From Thermodesulfovibrionales bacterium (GTDB lineage: Bacteria; Nitrospirota; Thermodesulfovibrionia; Thermodesulfovibrionales; SM23-35): a stretch of DNA of 64,000 nucleotides. A program made the position numbers and the translations under genes. Below the pieces are notes generated by a model. It ran no database searches, was not told the DNA's origin, and saw nothing but the letters and a program-made list of their open reading frames with translations. How positions within the stretch are numbered: position 1 is the first letter of the stretch; the number at the start of each line of letters is the position of its first letter. Shown piece by piece: positions 40,782 through 50,484 of the stretch. Location: assembly GCA_963715195.1 (NCBI GenBank), contig CAVQRT010000030.1, positions 192,001-256,000 on the forward strand. Direction: 5' to 3'.

Positions 40782-42680
40782 CTATTTTTTCTGTGCGTAC
40801 CCGATCTTTTTCAGTGCATCCTCAATTTCCCCAAGAATTGAAGGGTCATCAATGGTTGATGGAATAGGGTACGGTTCCCCGTCGGCAATCTTCCTCATAG
40901 TACTTCTGAGTATTTTCCCCGAGCGGGTTTTCGGGAGTCTTGTCACAGCGGTTGCTTCCTTAAAGCAGGCTATAGGGCCGATTTCATTCCGTATCATCTG
41001 TACGAGTTCCTTCTTGAGGTCTCCTTCTTCTCTGATAATACCTGCTTTCAGGACAACGAGCCCGACAGGAAGCTGCCCCTTCAGGGAATCCTGAGCGCCG
41101 ATCACCGCGCATTCGGCAACATCTCTATGCTGCGCGACAACTTCCTCCATCGCACCTGTTGAAAGACGGTGGCCGGCAACATTGATTACGTCATCTACTC
41201 TTCCCATGATGTAAACATAGCCGTCTTCATCGATATAGCCGCCATCGCTTGTGAAATAATATCCCGGGAAGATCTTCATATAGGATTCGATGAATCTCTC
41301 ATCTGCATTCCAGAGGGAGGGCAGTGTTCCGGGTGGAAGAGGAAGTTTTATCACAACCAGCCCTTCTTCTCCGGGATTCAGGTTTTCCCCGAGATTGTCG
41401 ATAATCTGAACGTCGTAGCCGGGCACTGGTTTTGTGCAAGAGCCGGGTTTTATCGGAAATTGTTCTATCCCCATGCAGTTAGCGGTAATCGGCCAGCCGG
41501 TTTCGGTCTGCCACCAGTGGTCAATGACCGGTTTCTTTAGCATATTATGTGCCCAGTGATAGGTATCTGGGTCCAGTCGCTCACCGGCAAGGAAAAGATA
41601 CTGAAATTGTGAAAGATCATATTTTTTAACATATTGTCCTGATGGGTCTTCTTTTTTAATTGCCCGGAATGCGGTTGGAGCGGTAAAGAGTGTTTTCACA
41701 CCGTGCTGGGAGATGACCCGCCAGAAAGCGCCAGGGTCGGGTGTGCCAACAGACTTTCCTTCATAGAGAATGGTTGTGCACCCGGTTATTAATGGTCCGT
41801 AAAGAATGTATGAGTGGCCGACAACCCACCCCACATCGGAAGCGGCCCAGTATACTTCACCCGGTTTTGTATCGTAGATATGCTCAAGGCTCCATCTGAG
41901 GGCTACTGCATGTCCGCCGTTGTCTCGTACAACACCCTTTGGTTTCCCGGTTGTCCCGGATGTGTAGAGGATATACAAAGGATCGGTTGCTTTGACAGGA
42001 ACGCATGGAACAGGTTCTGCGCCGCTGGCGAATTCTTTCCAGTCGAGGTCGCGATTCTGTATCATCTCCGCCTTAATAAAGGGCCTTTGGAAGATTACAC
42101 ATTTCTCCGGTTTGTGTATTGCGAGTTCGATCGCCTTGTCCAGCAAGGGCTTGTATTCGATGAGTCTTGTCACTTCAACGGCACCTGATGCGGAAACCAC
42201 AATTTTTGGTTTGGCGTCATTAATTCTGAGAGCAAGTTCATGCGGAGCAAATCCGCCAAATACAACGGAATGAACCGCGCCGAGACGGGCGCAGGCAAGC
42301 ATTGCAACGGCAGCTTCCGGTATCATCGGCATGTAGATAACGACGGTATCCCCTTGCTGAATACCGAGGTTTTTCAGCGCACCGGCAAAGCGGGATACCT
42401 GATCAAGCAGCTCCCGATAGGTAAATTTCTGTATTGTTTTTGTTACCGGGCTGTCATAGATGAGTGCTATTTGATCTGCCCTTCCATGTTCCACGTGCCT
42501 GTCGAGGGCATTGTAACAGGTATTGAGTTCGCCTCCGGTAAACCACCGGTAAAAGGGAGGATTTGTTGAATCGAGTACCTTATCCCACTTTTTATACCAC
42601 GTAATCGCTTCAGCAGCTTCTCCCCAGAATCCTTCCGGGTCCTCTATGCTTTTCCGGAAACGTTCATCAAACTTGCCCAT
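40782..42680 (-). CDS. prpE: Propionyl-CoA synthetase
   Basis: NTCYNALDRH, YTSGTTGKPKGVVRD, DHWWQTETG, PKTRSGK. Confidence 0.9.
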   Translation of the reverse strand: MGKFDERFRKSIEDPEGFWGEAAEAITWYKKWDKVLDSTNPPFYRWFTGGELNTCYNALDRHVEHGRADQIALIYDSPVTKTIQKFTYRELLDQVSRFAGALKNLGIQQGDTVVIYMPMIPEAAVAMLACARLGAVHSVVFGGFAPHELALRINDAKPKIVVSASGAVEVTRLIEYKPLLDKAIELAIHKPEKCVIFQRPFIKAEMIQNRDLDWKEFASGAEPVPCVPVKATDPLYILYTSGTTGKPKGVVRDNGGHAVALRWSLEHIYDTKPGEVYWAASDVGWVVGHSYILYGPLITGCTTILYEGKSVGTPDPGAFWRVISQHGVKTLFTAPTAFRAIKKEDPSGQYVKKYDLSQFQYLFLAGERLDPDTYHWAHNMLKKPVIDHWWQTETGWPITANCMGIEQFPIKPGSCTKPVPGYDVQIIDNLGENLNPGEEGLVVIKLPLPPGTLPSLWNADERFIESYMKIFPGYYFTSDGGYIDEDGYVYIMGRVDDVINVAGHRLSTGAMEEVVAQHRDVAECAVIGAQDSLKGQLPVGLVVLKAGIIREEGDLKKELVQMIRNEIGPIACFKEATAVTRLPKTRSGKILRSTMRKIADGEPYPIPSTIDDPSILGEIEDALKKIGYAQKK

Positions 42681-42799
42681 CAGATGCCTCCTCACAGAGT
42701 TTTAAAAAAGTGAATTATCTTAGCATAAACACGCCACGTTATTGCATGTAAGCTGTAATTCTTCTGTTTGGCATTCCGGAGCTGTGATACAATTAATAC

Positions 42800-43633
42800 A
42801 TGATTATTCCTTTGAGGATTCTCGGCAGAACAGGGGTTAAGGTCACCTCTATCGGACTCGGCGGAGAGGGAATTCTTCGGACTTTCAACCATGACAGGGA
42901 TGCATATGCCCTTATCAACAGGGCCATCGATCTGGGTATCAATTATTTAGAATCGGCCAGGGCATATGCAGGGAGCGAATCATACTATGGAATGGCACTG
43001 AAAGAGCGAAGAAAAGACATATTTCTTACAAGTAAATCCCATGCAAGAGATAAAAAGGGAGCGATTGAACATCTTCAAGAGTCGCTAAAAAACATGCATA
43101 CGGATCATCTGGACCTCTGGCAGGTACACGACATGAGGACAGAAGATGAGATGCGGGAAGTTTTTGGCCCGGGCGGAGCGCTGGAGGCCTTCTTACAAGC
43201 GAGGGAAAAGGGATTGGCACGTTTTATCGGAGTGACCGGCCACCATGATCCTGAGATATTGAGGAAATGCATCGAAATTGCCGATTTTGATACGGTTTTA
43301 ATGCCTGTAAATCCAGCTGAAACGCACTACAAGAGTTTTATCGAAACGGTCCTCCCTGTTGCAGAAAAAAAGAATATGGGTATTATTGCCATGAAGGTGT
43401 ACTTCAGGGGCTTTGCTGCAAGAATTCCGTGGTACAAAAGCATGGAACCGTTTCTTCATTTTGCACTCTCTTATCCGGTAAGCACAGCTGTCATCGGTTG
43501 TGATACCCTTGAGCAGCTTGAAGAGAACGTGAGGTTCGCTTCTCAGTTTGCCCAGATGTCTGAAGAGCACATGAAACAACTCTCAACTGATATCAGGCCA
43601 TTGTCCCGCCAACTCATGTATTACAAGCCGTAG
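42800..43633 (+). CDS. Aldo/keto reductase
   Basis: LGRTGVKVTSIGLG, GINYLESARAY, TDHLDLWQVH, RFIGVTGH, IAMK. Confidence 0.9.
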   Translation: MIIPLRILGRTGVKVTSIGLGGEGILRTFNHDRDAYALINRAIDLGINYLESARAYAGSESYYGMALKERRKDIFLTSKSHARDKKGAIEHLQESLKNMHTDHLDLWQVHDMRTEDEMREVFGPGGALEAFLQAREKGLARFIGVTGHHDPEILRKCIEIADFDTVLMPVNPAETHYKSFIETVLPVAEKKNMGIIAMKVYFRGFAARIPWYKSMEPFLHFALSYPVSTAVIGCDTLEQLEENVRFASQFAQMSEEHMKQLSTDIRPLSRQLMYYKP

Positions 43634-44042
43634 CGTTCCCACATATAGTTCCGGGTTCATGAAGTTTTGTCAGATGTTAAGGTATAATTCCATTCAACCC
43701 GTGTGCCTCCTTAGCCCGGTAGAATAGAGTACAGGTTCCCTAATTCCAACGAATGCGATTTCATAATCCCTTGATAATGAAGACTTTCCTTTAAATTTTC
43801 ATCGATTTGCAGATTCTTGATAATTGAGTATGTTTTGATATAGTTATGCCGGTTTGAATTTGAAACAGCGAGGAAGTTTATACCCGAAAAAAGCTTTTTT
43901 TATTACCGCACAATTACAGGATGTGTCCCAGTATATTCACGGTAGAACTGATTGAAAGGGACTGTGCCCGGGTTAAACGGGGGCCACTTCTTGAAGACAA
44001 CGTTGCATTCGAATAAGCGTCAAGTAAGAAAATAGGAGCTTC

Positions 44043-44588
44043 CTACAAAGCCATAAGAATCATCACCATCTGGCGGCCTTCCATTTTAGGCTGAATTTCG
44101 ACTTTTGCGATATCCGCCACTTCCAACACCAATCTGTTTAAAACCTTCGCCCCCAGTTCCTGGCGACTCATTTCTCGTCCTTTAAAACGCATTGTTACTT
44201 TAACCTTATCTCCATGCTCAATAAATTTCCGAGCACTCCGCTTCTTGAACTCGTAGTCATGGGTATCGATTAACGGGCGCATCCTGATTTCCTTGAGGGT
44301 TTGCGTCGCCTGTTTTTTTCTGGATTTTTGAAGTTTCTTGCTCTTGTCGAACTTGAACTTCCGGTAATCCATGATCTTACAGACCGGCGGATCAGCATTG
44401 GGGCTGATTTCCACAAGATCTAAATCTCTTTCCCTAGATAACTTCAAAGCAGATTCAATATCCATGATGCCGATTTGCCCTTCATCGGCAACGACTCGTA
44501 TCTGTTTGGCTTTAATCAGCCTGATCTGGTTGTTTATGCGGGTAAGATCAGCGACCCTGCCGGGCAATACTCGTCTTTGATTAGCTAT
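44043..44588 (-). CDS. infC: Translation initiation factor IF-3, probable AUA start
   Basis: RINNQI, LDLVEISPNADPPVCKIMDY, KEIRMRP, GDKVKV, EGRQM. AAGGAGG lies 8 nt before an in-frame ATA at 44588. Confidence 0.93.
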   Translation of the reverse strand: MANQRRVLPGRVADLTRINNQIRLIKAKQIRVVADEGQIGIMDIESALKLSRERDLDLVEISPNADPPVCKIMDYRKFKFDKSKKLQKSRKKQATQTLKEIRMRPLIDTHDYEFKKRSARKFIEHGDKVKVTMRFKGREMSRQELGAKVLNRLVLEVADIAKVEIQPKMEGRQMVMILMAL

Positions 44589-44725
44589 TGTGTATTCCTC
44601 CTTTTAGTTTGATATCCTGTGCGGGTAGAAGCACCGAACGGCCTATTCTATAGGCCCTGAAGGCGGCAATATCCGCAGTAACGTAAAACGTTAACAGAAA
44701 AAAAGTTTTTATTATTAGAATCTTA

Positions 44726-44920
44726 TCAAAATCTCCTACGCTTCTTAGCCTTCGCTCTTGTCTTACGAGCCTCTGCTCGTTTTCGTTTTTCTTTTATCGA
44801 AGGTTTTTCATAAAAACTTCTCATCTTGATTTCTTTGAGAAGTCCTTCAGTCTGAACTTTACGCTTCAGAATTTTGATAGCTTTTTCTATATCATTGCCG
44901 ACTACTCTTATCTCTATGAT
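44726..44920 (-). CDS. rpsU: 30S ribosomal protein S21 (missed by ORF track; no canonical start)
   Basis: IEIRVVGNDIEKAIKILKRKVQTEGLLKEIKMRSFYEKPSIKEKRKRAEARK...F*. Only ATT/ATC/ATA codons lie between the upstream in-frame TAA and the conserved N-terminus. Confidence 0.9.
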   Translation of the reverse strand: MIEIRVVGNDIEKAIKILKRKVQTEGLLKEIKMRSFYEKPSIKEKRKRAEARKTRAKAKKRRRF

Positions 44921-44923
44921 AAT

Positions 44924-45256
44924 TTATCTCCTGTCTCTTCCATAACCTGATCCCCTTCCCTGTCCGAGACCGCCCCTGCCTCGGCCGAAACCCCGTCCTT
45001 CCTTTGGCTGTTGAGGTCTTGCCTCATTGACGATCAAAGCACGGTCCATAAGTTTTGTGCCGTTCAGCTGTTCTATGGCTTTTTTAGCGTCGTCTGCGGA
45101 CGACATTTCAATAAAGCCAAAACCCTTGGAACGCCCCGTGTCGATATCAGTAATTATTTTTACCGATTCAACCTCTCCAATACCTGAGAAAATCTCGCGG
45201 AGAGATTCCTCTGTTGCACTGAAAGGGATACTTCCTACATACAGTTTCTTGCTCAT
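44924..45256 (-). CDS. RRM RNA-binding protein with Gly/Arg-rich tail
   Basis: RNP2 LYVGSI, RNP1 KGFGFIEM, VNEARP, RGG-rich C-terminus. Confidence 0.95.
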   Translation of the reverse strand: MSKKLYVGSIPFSATEESLREIFSGIGEVESVKIITDIDTGRSKGFGFIEMSSADDAKKAIEQLNGTKLMDRALIVNEARPQQPKEGRGFGRGRGGLGQGRGSGYGRDRR

Positions 45257-45436
45257 ACTTTAACCCCACTTGAAAGAATTAAGATTCCCTAACGCCTTAA
45301 AGCTTTGAGGCTTCTCTGACTTCAAAGGTAGGATACTATAGAATAACACTTCATAGATTTAAAAATCAGAAGAAAATAAATATGTCTGATCCAACGCTTT
45401 TGTTTTTTTGATATACATTTTTGCCGAAATAGGTAT

Positions 45437-45745
45437 ATGAATAAGGTCATTGTCCTTGAAGTCGTCGAATCTCATGGATGCAATAGTCGACGCCGGATTG
45501 GTGACAAATCCTATTTCGATGGGGCAGGCAATTTACTCACCGAACGAAGTCCGAAGAAAATCTGTGTGTTTGCCCTGAGCAACGCGGTAATGATGATTTT
45601 TACTGTCAGTGAAATGCTGTATGCAGGGGTTGACCCGAATACAATGCGTTTCAAGTGGACTCATTGTTTTGACGCAGGGCTGCAATGCGGTGGATGGGGA
45701 CGTATTGTTCTCGATCTGCATGTAGAAGATAGTAGGACAGCTTAA
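45437..45745 (+). CDS. Cys-rich hypothetical protein, possibly N-terminally truncated
   Basis: VVESHGCNS...FDGAGNLL...IC...CFDAGLQCGGWG. Confidence 0.55.
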   Translation: MNKVIVLEVVESHGCNSRRRIGDKSYFDGAGNLLTERSPKKICVFALSNAVMMIFTVSEMLYAGVDPNTMRFKWTHCFDAGLQCGGWGRIVLDLHVEDSRTA

Positions 45746-45795
45746 TACCACTAAACGATACATGAATGTGGGGATAAATGATCTAATACTCGAGA

Positions 45796-46449
45796 TTACT
45801 TTATTTTGTGTCTTACTAATTTTCCCTTGCACATGTAAATAACCATCTCTGCAATGTTTGTTGCATGGTCAGCAATGCGTTCAAGATATTTTGCGACATA
45901 ACTGACTCTGACTGCTCGTGATATATTACGTTGATCCTGCATCATATAGAAAAGAAGTTCATTAAAAACCTGTTCCATTAGCCTGTCTATTTCATCATCC
46001 TTCTTTATTACAGCATACGGTAGGTTTGTACAGCCTCTAACATAGGCATCAAGAGAATCCCTTACCATTGCCTGAGCAATCTCTGCCATACGTGGGATAT
46101 CTATATAAGGTTTTAATTGTGGTTCCTTATTCAACTCTAACGCTCTGTTAGCAATACTAACTGATAGGTCACCTATCCTTTCAAGGTCTGTTGTGATCTT
46201 TAAAGTTGTTGCTATAAATCTTAAATCTCTTGCCTTCGGTTGCCCAAGAGCTAAAAGCCTTATGCAGTCTTCATCTATTGCAACATCTAAATCATTAATC
46301 TTTCGGTCTCTTTTAATAACACCCCTTGCAATGTCGTTCTTCCTTTCAACGAGAGATTTAACAGAATCTTGTATTGCTTGCTCAACTAATGCACCAAGTC
46401 TTAAAACATTATTTCTTAATTCAACTAATTCATTATAGAAGTCAACCAT
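45796..46449 (-). CDS. phoU: Phosphate signalling protein PhoU (orphan, no pst genes)
   Basis: QPKARDLRFI, TDLERIGD, DDEID, LERIADHATNIAEMVIY. Confidence 0.95.
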   Translation of the reverse strand: MVDFYNELVELRNNVLRLGALVEQAIQDSVKSLVERKNDIARGVIKRDRKINDLDVAIDEDCIRLLALGQPKARDLRFIATTLKITTDLERIGDLSVSIANRALELNKEPQLKPYIDIPRMAEIAQAMVRDSLDAYVRGCTNLPYAVIKKDDEIDRLMEQVFNELLFYMMQDQRNISRAVRVSYVAKYLERIADHATNIAEMVIYMCKGKLVRHKIK

Positions 46450-47407
46450 CTATTTGCCTATCTTATTGATTTTCATTAAATCTATTAGATTTTTAAATTA
46501 TTTGCAAGCGCTACCTCACGCTACCTGCAGAGCTAACTTTAGGAGAGGAAGGAATAGACAAGCAGGGTACTTACCTCTTGGTGTTTGAACCACACCATTT
46601 GTCAGACAATACATTTTCAGGAAGAAATTTAACTCTGCAATCACCGCCATCTGAAAGAGAACATGAAAATGAATCAATGCTTATTTTCGTGTTGCATCCT
46701 CGCAAATAAATAGTGGAGTGTTGTAAAATTTTGTAAGTAAAAAAAGAGATTAGCGTGATGATTCAAACCGTATTAGAAGAAAAAATAGAACATCAAAAGG
46801 AGTTAATTTGTAGGGATTTCGATTTAGATTGTTTGAACGTTAACAGTCCCACTCGATGTGCGATTGGGGGCGAAGTGGTAATAAATGAAAAGTGCTATTA
46901 TTTTCTGCCCATTAAGGGCATTTGCCCTATGATTAAATTTTGACAGGAAATTATTACCAACAGCATTTGTTGACAAACTGTGAACAAGATTGTCTAATAT
47001 CCCTTCCAACCCTCTCCGTGTAAGAACCCTTATCCCTTTGCCTAAACTTTAGTCATACAAAATATGCATTAAAATCAAAGATATTATATGAGTAATATTA
47101 GGTCTGCTTTAAGAACATCCATACTGATAGCTGCAGACCTTACTCTATCAAGGAACTATCTGATAAGGCTGTTAAAAAGATCTGAAAATACCTGGCTTCA
47201 TTCATCTTGCGCATGGCTCCGTTAAAACTATGTGATCACCTGAACGCTCCAAACATTTGGTAGATGTCATCAGTGTTTGGTTCAGGAAGAATCGAGATAG
47301 CGACTTCATCTGCTATGCAGGTTATCAAGTTTTCATAGACGATTATGATATGATCTGATAAATTATTTTTCTTTTTTTAACCTCGTCTTAAGTAATAATG
47401 TTTCATT

Positions 47408-48583
47408 ATGCTTAAAAATACTCCGTTTATTTTACTTTGTATTTCAGGGTTGTTTGCCATATTCAGTTCAACCATTTCAAAAAGCCCTGTACTACCCTTA
47501 TTTAGCGAACATCTCGGAGCAACGCCAACAGGAGTAGGCATCATTGCAGGCGTATCAGCATTTACTGGAATTATTGCCAGTATACCAGCAGGAATATTCT
47601 CAGACAGATTAGGAAGAAAACGAATGATGGTATTTTCAGCAATTATTTTTTCCACAGCACCCTTTCTCTATCTTTTTGTAACCACAATATGGCAGCTTGC
47701 TCTGGTAAGATTCTATCACGGTTTTGCCACAGCTATTTTTATCCCTGTTGGGATGGCATTAGTTGCCGATATCTTCCAAGAAGACAGAGGAGAAAGAATT
47801 GGATGGTTTTCTACATCAACTCTTACTGGAAGGTTTATGGCCCCGATAACTGGTGGGAGTCTTTTAGGATTCTTGTCTTATAACCCTGCTCTGAGTTTCA
47901 AGGCCGTATATCTCCTCTGCGGCATCGCAGGACTTATAACGCTTTTTTTTATATTCCGTTTGCCCAATCCAGCCGAAAAAGTCGAAATTAAAGAATCAAA
48001 AATAAAAACATGGATGCTTTTAAAGCCTGTTATATCAGATAAAAACATTTTGTTAACCTGTATAGTTGAGGCATCAATACTTTTTGCCTATGGAACCTTT
48101 GAAACCTTCCTACCACTTTATTGCAAAAACATCGGGTTGAGTGCCTACGAAATCGGGGTTTTTCTGTCAGCTCAAATTATTACACTTGCACTCACAAAAC
48201 CTATGATGGGAAGATTATCCGATAGACACGGTAGAAAACCTCAAATATTTGTAGGCACAATCGTTGGCTCAATTTGTATCGGGAGCTTTTTCATTTCTAA
48301 ATCCTTTATAGCTTTTCTCCTATTGAGTGTATTGTTTGGTCTGTGTCTTTCCATTGTTACCTCTGCAACGGCTGCATTTATCGCCGATTTGAGCAGACAA
48401 AGCACAAGGGGATCAGCAATGGGAACCCTCGGTTCCATAATGGACATAGGGCATACAACAGGTCCCATCATTGCTGGAATTATTGCCTCACAGTTTGGGA
48501 TAGGATATTCTTTCTTGGGTGCTTCGCTTATGCTTATTGCTATTGCCTTGCTTTTTTTCAAAGGGGTTATATCGGGAAGTTGA
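47408..48583 (+). CDS. MFS transporter
   Basis: About 12 TM segments; GIFSDRLGRKR and GRLSDRHGRK motif A. Confidence 0.92.
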   Translation: MLKNTPFILLCISGLFAIFSSTISKSPVLPLFSEHLGATPTGVGIIAGVSAFTGIIASIPAGIFSDRLGRKRMMVFSAIIFSTAPFLYLFVTTIWQLALVRFYHGFATAIFIPVGMALVADIFQEDRGERIGWFSTSTLTGRFMAPITGGSLLGFLSYNPALSFKAVYLLCGIAGLITLFFIFRLPNPAEKVEIKESKIKTWMLLKPVISDKNILLTCIVEASILFAYGTFETFLPLYCKNIGLSAYEIGVFLSAQIITLALTKPMMGRLSDRHGRKPQIFVGTIVGSICIGSFFISKSFIAFLLLSVLFGLCLSIVTSATAAFIADLSRQSTRGSAMGTLGSIMDIGHTTGPIIAGIIASQFGIGYSFLGASLMLIAIALLFFKGVISGS

Positions 48584-49004
48584 TGAGGAAGAGTATTTAT
48601 TTCTATTTGAACTCTTGATAATCAATTCTGCTCATAATGAAGCGGAGTGCAAGAGGCATTCGATTAGCTATTCGATCAAGCGAACTCAAGGATTACAGAT
48701 CTTGAAATTATTCCCACAAAGCGGAGCCCATCGGTAAAAGGTATTCTCAGTATCCCGTTCTCAAGCATAGTATCCAATGCATCGCCAAGTGGTGCATTGC
48801 ATCTTTGAAGACTTTGTTAAAGTCTCCCAATAGCGGATATCCAAGTTTATCCTTAGCATGATTGTTTGTGGGAACAAGATTCTTCCTTTTGAAATAAAAA
48901 TAAAGAAATATGCCTATCACTATGATTATTAATATTAGTGAATCCATATGTGTCACTCAGGATAGAATGCCGATTATTATAATGTCAGAATTATACCAAG
49001 GTTC

Positions 49005-49110
49005 AAAGGGGAGAGATATAGAGAGAAATGGGGAGGACAGTTTGAGCCAACCAGGGAGGGGGAGACCCTGATTGAGAGAAAGGAGTGAAGTCAAACTGTC
49101 CTTTCTCTTA
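49005..49110 (-). ncRNA. Candidate structured sRNA with C/U-rich loops
   Basis: 12-bp stem AGGACAGTTTGA/TCAAACTGTCCT (49034-49045, 49091-49102) enclosing a 10-bp hairpin that pairs fully only on the minus strand (G-U pairs); loop UCUCCCCCU. Confidence 0.45.
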
Positions 49111-49176
49111 GGATATCCAAAAGATATGAGGGAAGTATGAAGGAACTATGGAGATCGTGTGAATAGCATTGCAGCT

Positions 49177-49917
49177 TCAACTTTTCTGCATGACAAAAAA
49201 GACTGAGCCGTACCATTGATAATATTTCTTGTACATGTCTATTTCTCGTTGTTCGTTATCCAAGACGGCAAGGGCTTCGGTATTATTAATATATTTCTCT
49301 CTGAGATTCCTGATCCGCTCTTCCAAAGGATTGTAATACTCGATCCACCATGCATCTTCAGGCAAAGTGAAGTGCCCAAGAAGAGAGTATCCATGCTTTG
49401 AGATGATTTCCATGTTCTCGGCAACGGTCTTTATCTCAGGATAGAACTTCTTCCAGTATTCATAAATCTCTTGAGGGGGGTCTGGCTGTAGCCATGTCAT
49501 CTCGTGAACTACTAAGAATCCCTTTGGTTTTATTAAGCGCCGCCATTCGGTCAACCCTCGTTCAAAGCCCATGATGTAAATAGATCCCTCAGCCCAAATG
49601 ATATCAAAGCTCTCCTCCGGAAACTTCATATCAAACATTGAGCAGTTTATGGCATGGACACGATCTGAGAGTCCGGCTTCCTTTATCTTCTCCGTCAGTT
49701 GATCCAAATATGGCTGATGGGTATCTATCCCTATCACTTCCCCTTGGGTTAATCGTGCAAGCTCCATTGTTTGTCCTCCCGGACCGCAGCCTATGTCGAG
49801 AATACGGGGCTTGTCCATATCAGGAAGCAAATAAAACGCCTGTCTGGTATATCGGTTTCTCCCGGGGCCTTCTCTTGGAAGATTGTGATGAATCTCAAAG
49901 AAAATATCTGTAGTCAT
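49177..49917 (-). CDS. Class I SAM-dependent methyltransferase
   Basis: LPREGPG, ILDIGCGPGGQT, FDIIWAEGSIY. Confidence 0.9.
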   Translation of the reverse strand: MTTDIFFEIHHNLPREGPGRNRYTRQAFYLLPDMDKPRILDIGCGPGGQTMELARLTQGEVIGIDTHQPYLDQLTEKIKEAGLSDRVHAINCSMFDMKFPEESFDIIWAEGSIYIMGFERGLTEWRRLIKPKGFLVVHEMTWLQPDPPQEIYEYWKKFYPEIKTVAENMEIISKHGYSLLGHFTLPEDAWWIEYYNPLEERIRNLREKYINNTEALAVLDNEQREIDMYKKYYQWYGSVFFVMQKS

Positions 49918-49944
49918 GAGTAAGTTGCAGCACCATTATATCAG

Positions 49945-50040
49945 GTTTAGGAGGGTAGATTTAAGTTTGGAAGAAAGGAGGGAGAGCAGCCAGTAGGAGG
50001 GTATTACTGGCTGCTAACTCATGAAGAAAGTTATTCGCTT
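49945..50040 (-). ncRNA. Candidate sRNA/leader with CCCUCC loop
   Basis: Perfect 11-bp stem AGCAGCCAGTA/TACTGGCTGCT (49985-50015). On the minus strand the loop is AUACCCUCC, followed by two more CCCUCC motifs. Confidence 0.4.
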
Positions 50041-50063
50041 AAATATAAGAATACATCGGAAAA

Positions 50064-50101
50064 ATGAAGAAATAACGAAGGAAACGTGAAAACATTGTGA
50101 A
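50064..50101 (-). promoter_or_regulatory. Four 11-bp-phased direct repeats (OmpR/PhoB-type box array)
   Basis: Minus strand TTCAC-N6-TTCAC-N6-TTCGT-N6-TTCAT, followed by a TGTATTCT -10-like element. Confidence 0.4.
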
Positions 50102-50484
50102 TGTTGCTTATCAGACGTTCAGGATCCACAATATGAAATCCTACTTGCGCCTAAGAACAAACGCTTTTTGCGGGCTCTAAAATAATGCGAACTGCTTCAT
50201 CGAGTCCGCACGGTGAGTAATGTCATAATGCTATTTGTATCACCTGCTTATCAACACCCTGCAAAAATCAAAATCGCCGAAAAGTACATCCGGAACTAAA
50301 TACGCCAGAATTTGTATACGGAGAATATTTCGAAGGGAAATAAATAGCAGGTAATCGGAGAGAGGAGAGTGTTTCTTTTGGGAGCAAATGACCTAAGAAG
50401 CCAATTGCGTTATGGAATAGGATAAACATCATTATCAAAGTGCAAACCGAATCGTTCAGCGCCATTTTTTTCCTTCTTCTTTTA

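Noticed and set aside
42487..42502. TGTTCCACGTG partial parS inside prpE
   Set aside because: The right half (CCTGT) does not match GAACA; it is coding sequence.
2510..43579. Numerous short antisense/overlapping ORFs in the ORF track
   Set aside because: They are shadows of well-supported genes on the other strand or frame, without RBS or motifs.
43634..44040. Intergenic region after the aldo/keto reductase
   Set aside because: No convincing ORF, RNA motif or repeat could be supported.
46715..46943. GGAGTGTTGTAAAATTTTGTAAGT resembling an IS256-type end, followed by a 62-aa ORF
   Set aside because: No matching second IR and no recognisable transposase motifs.
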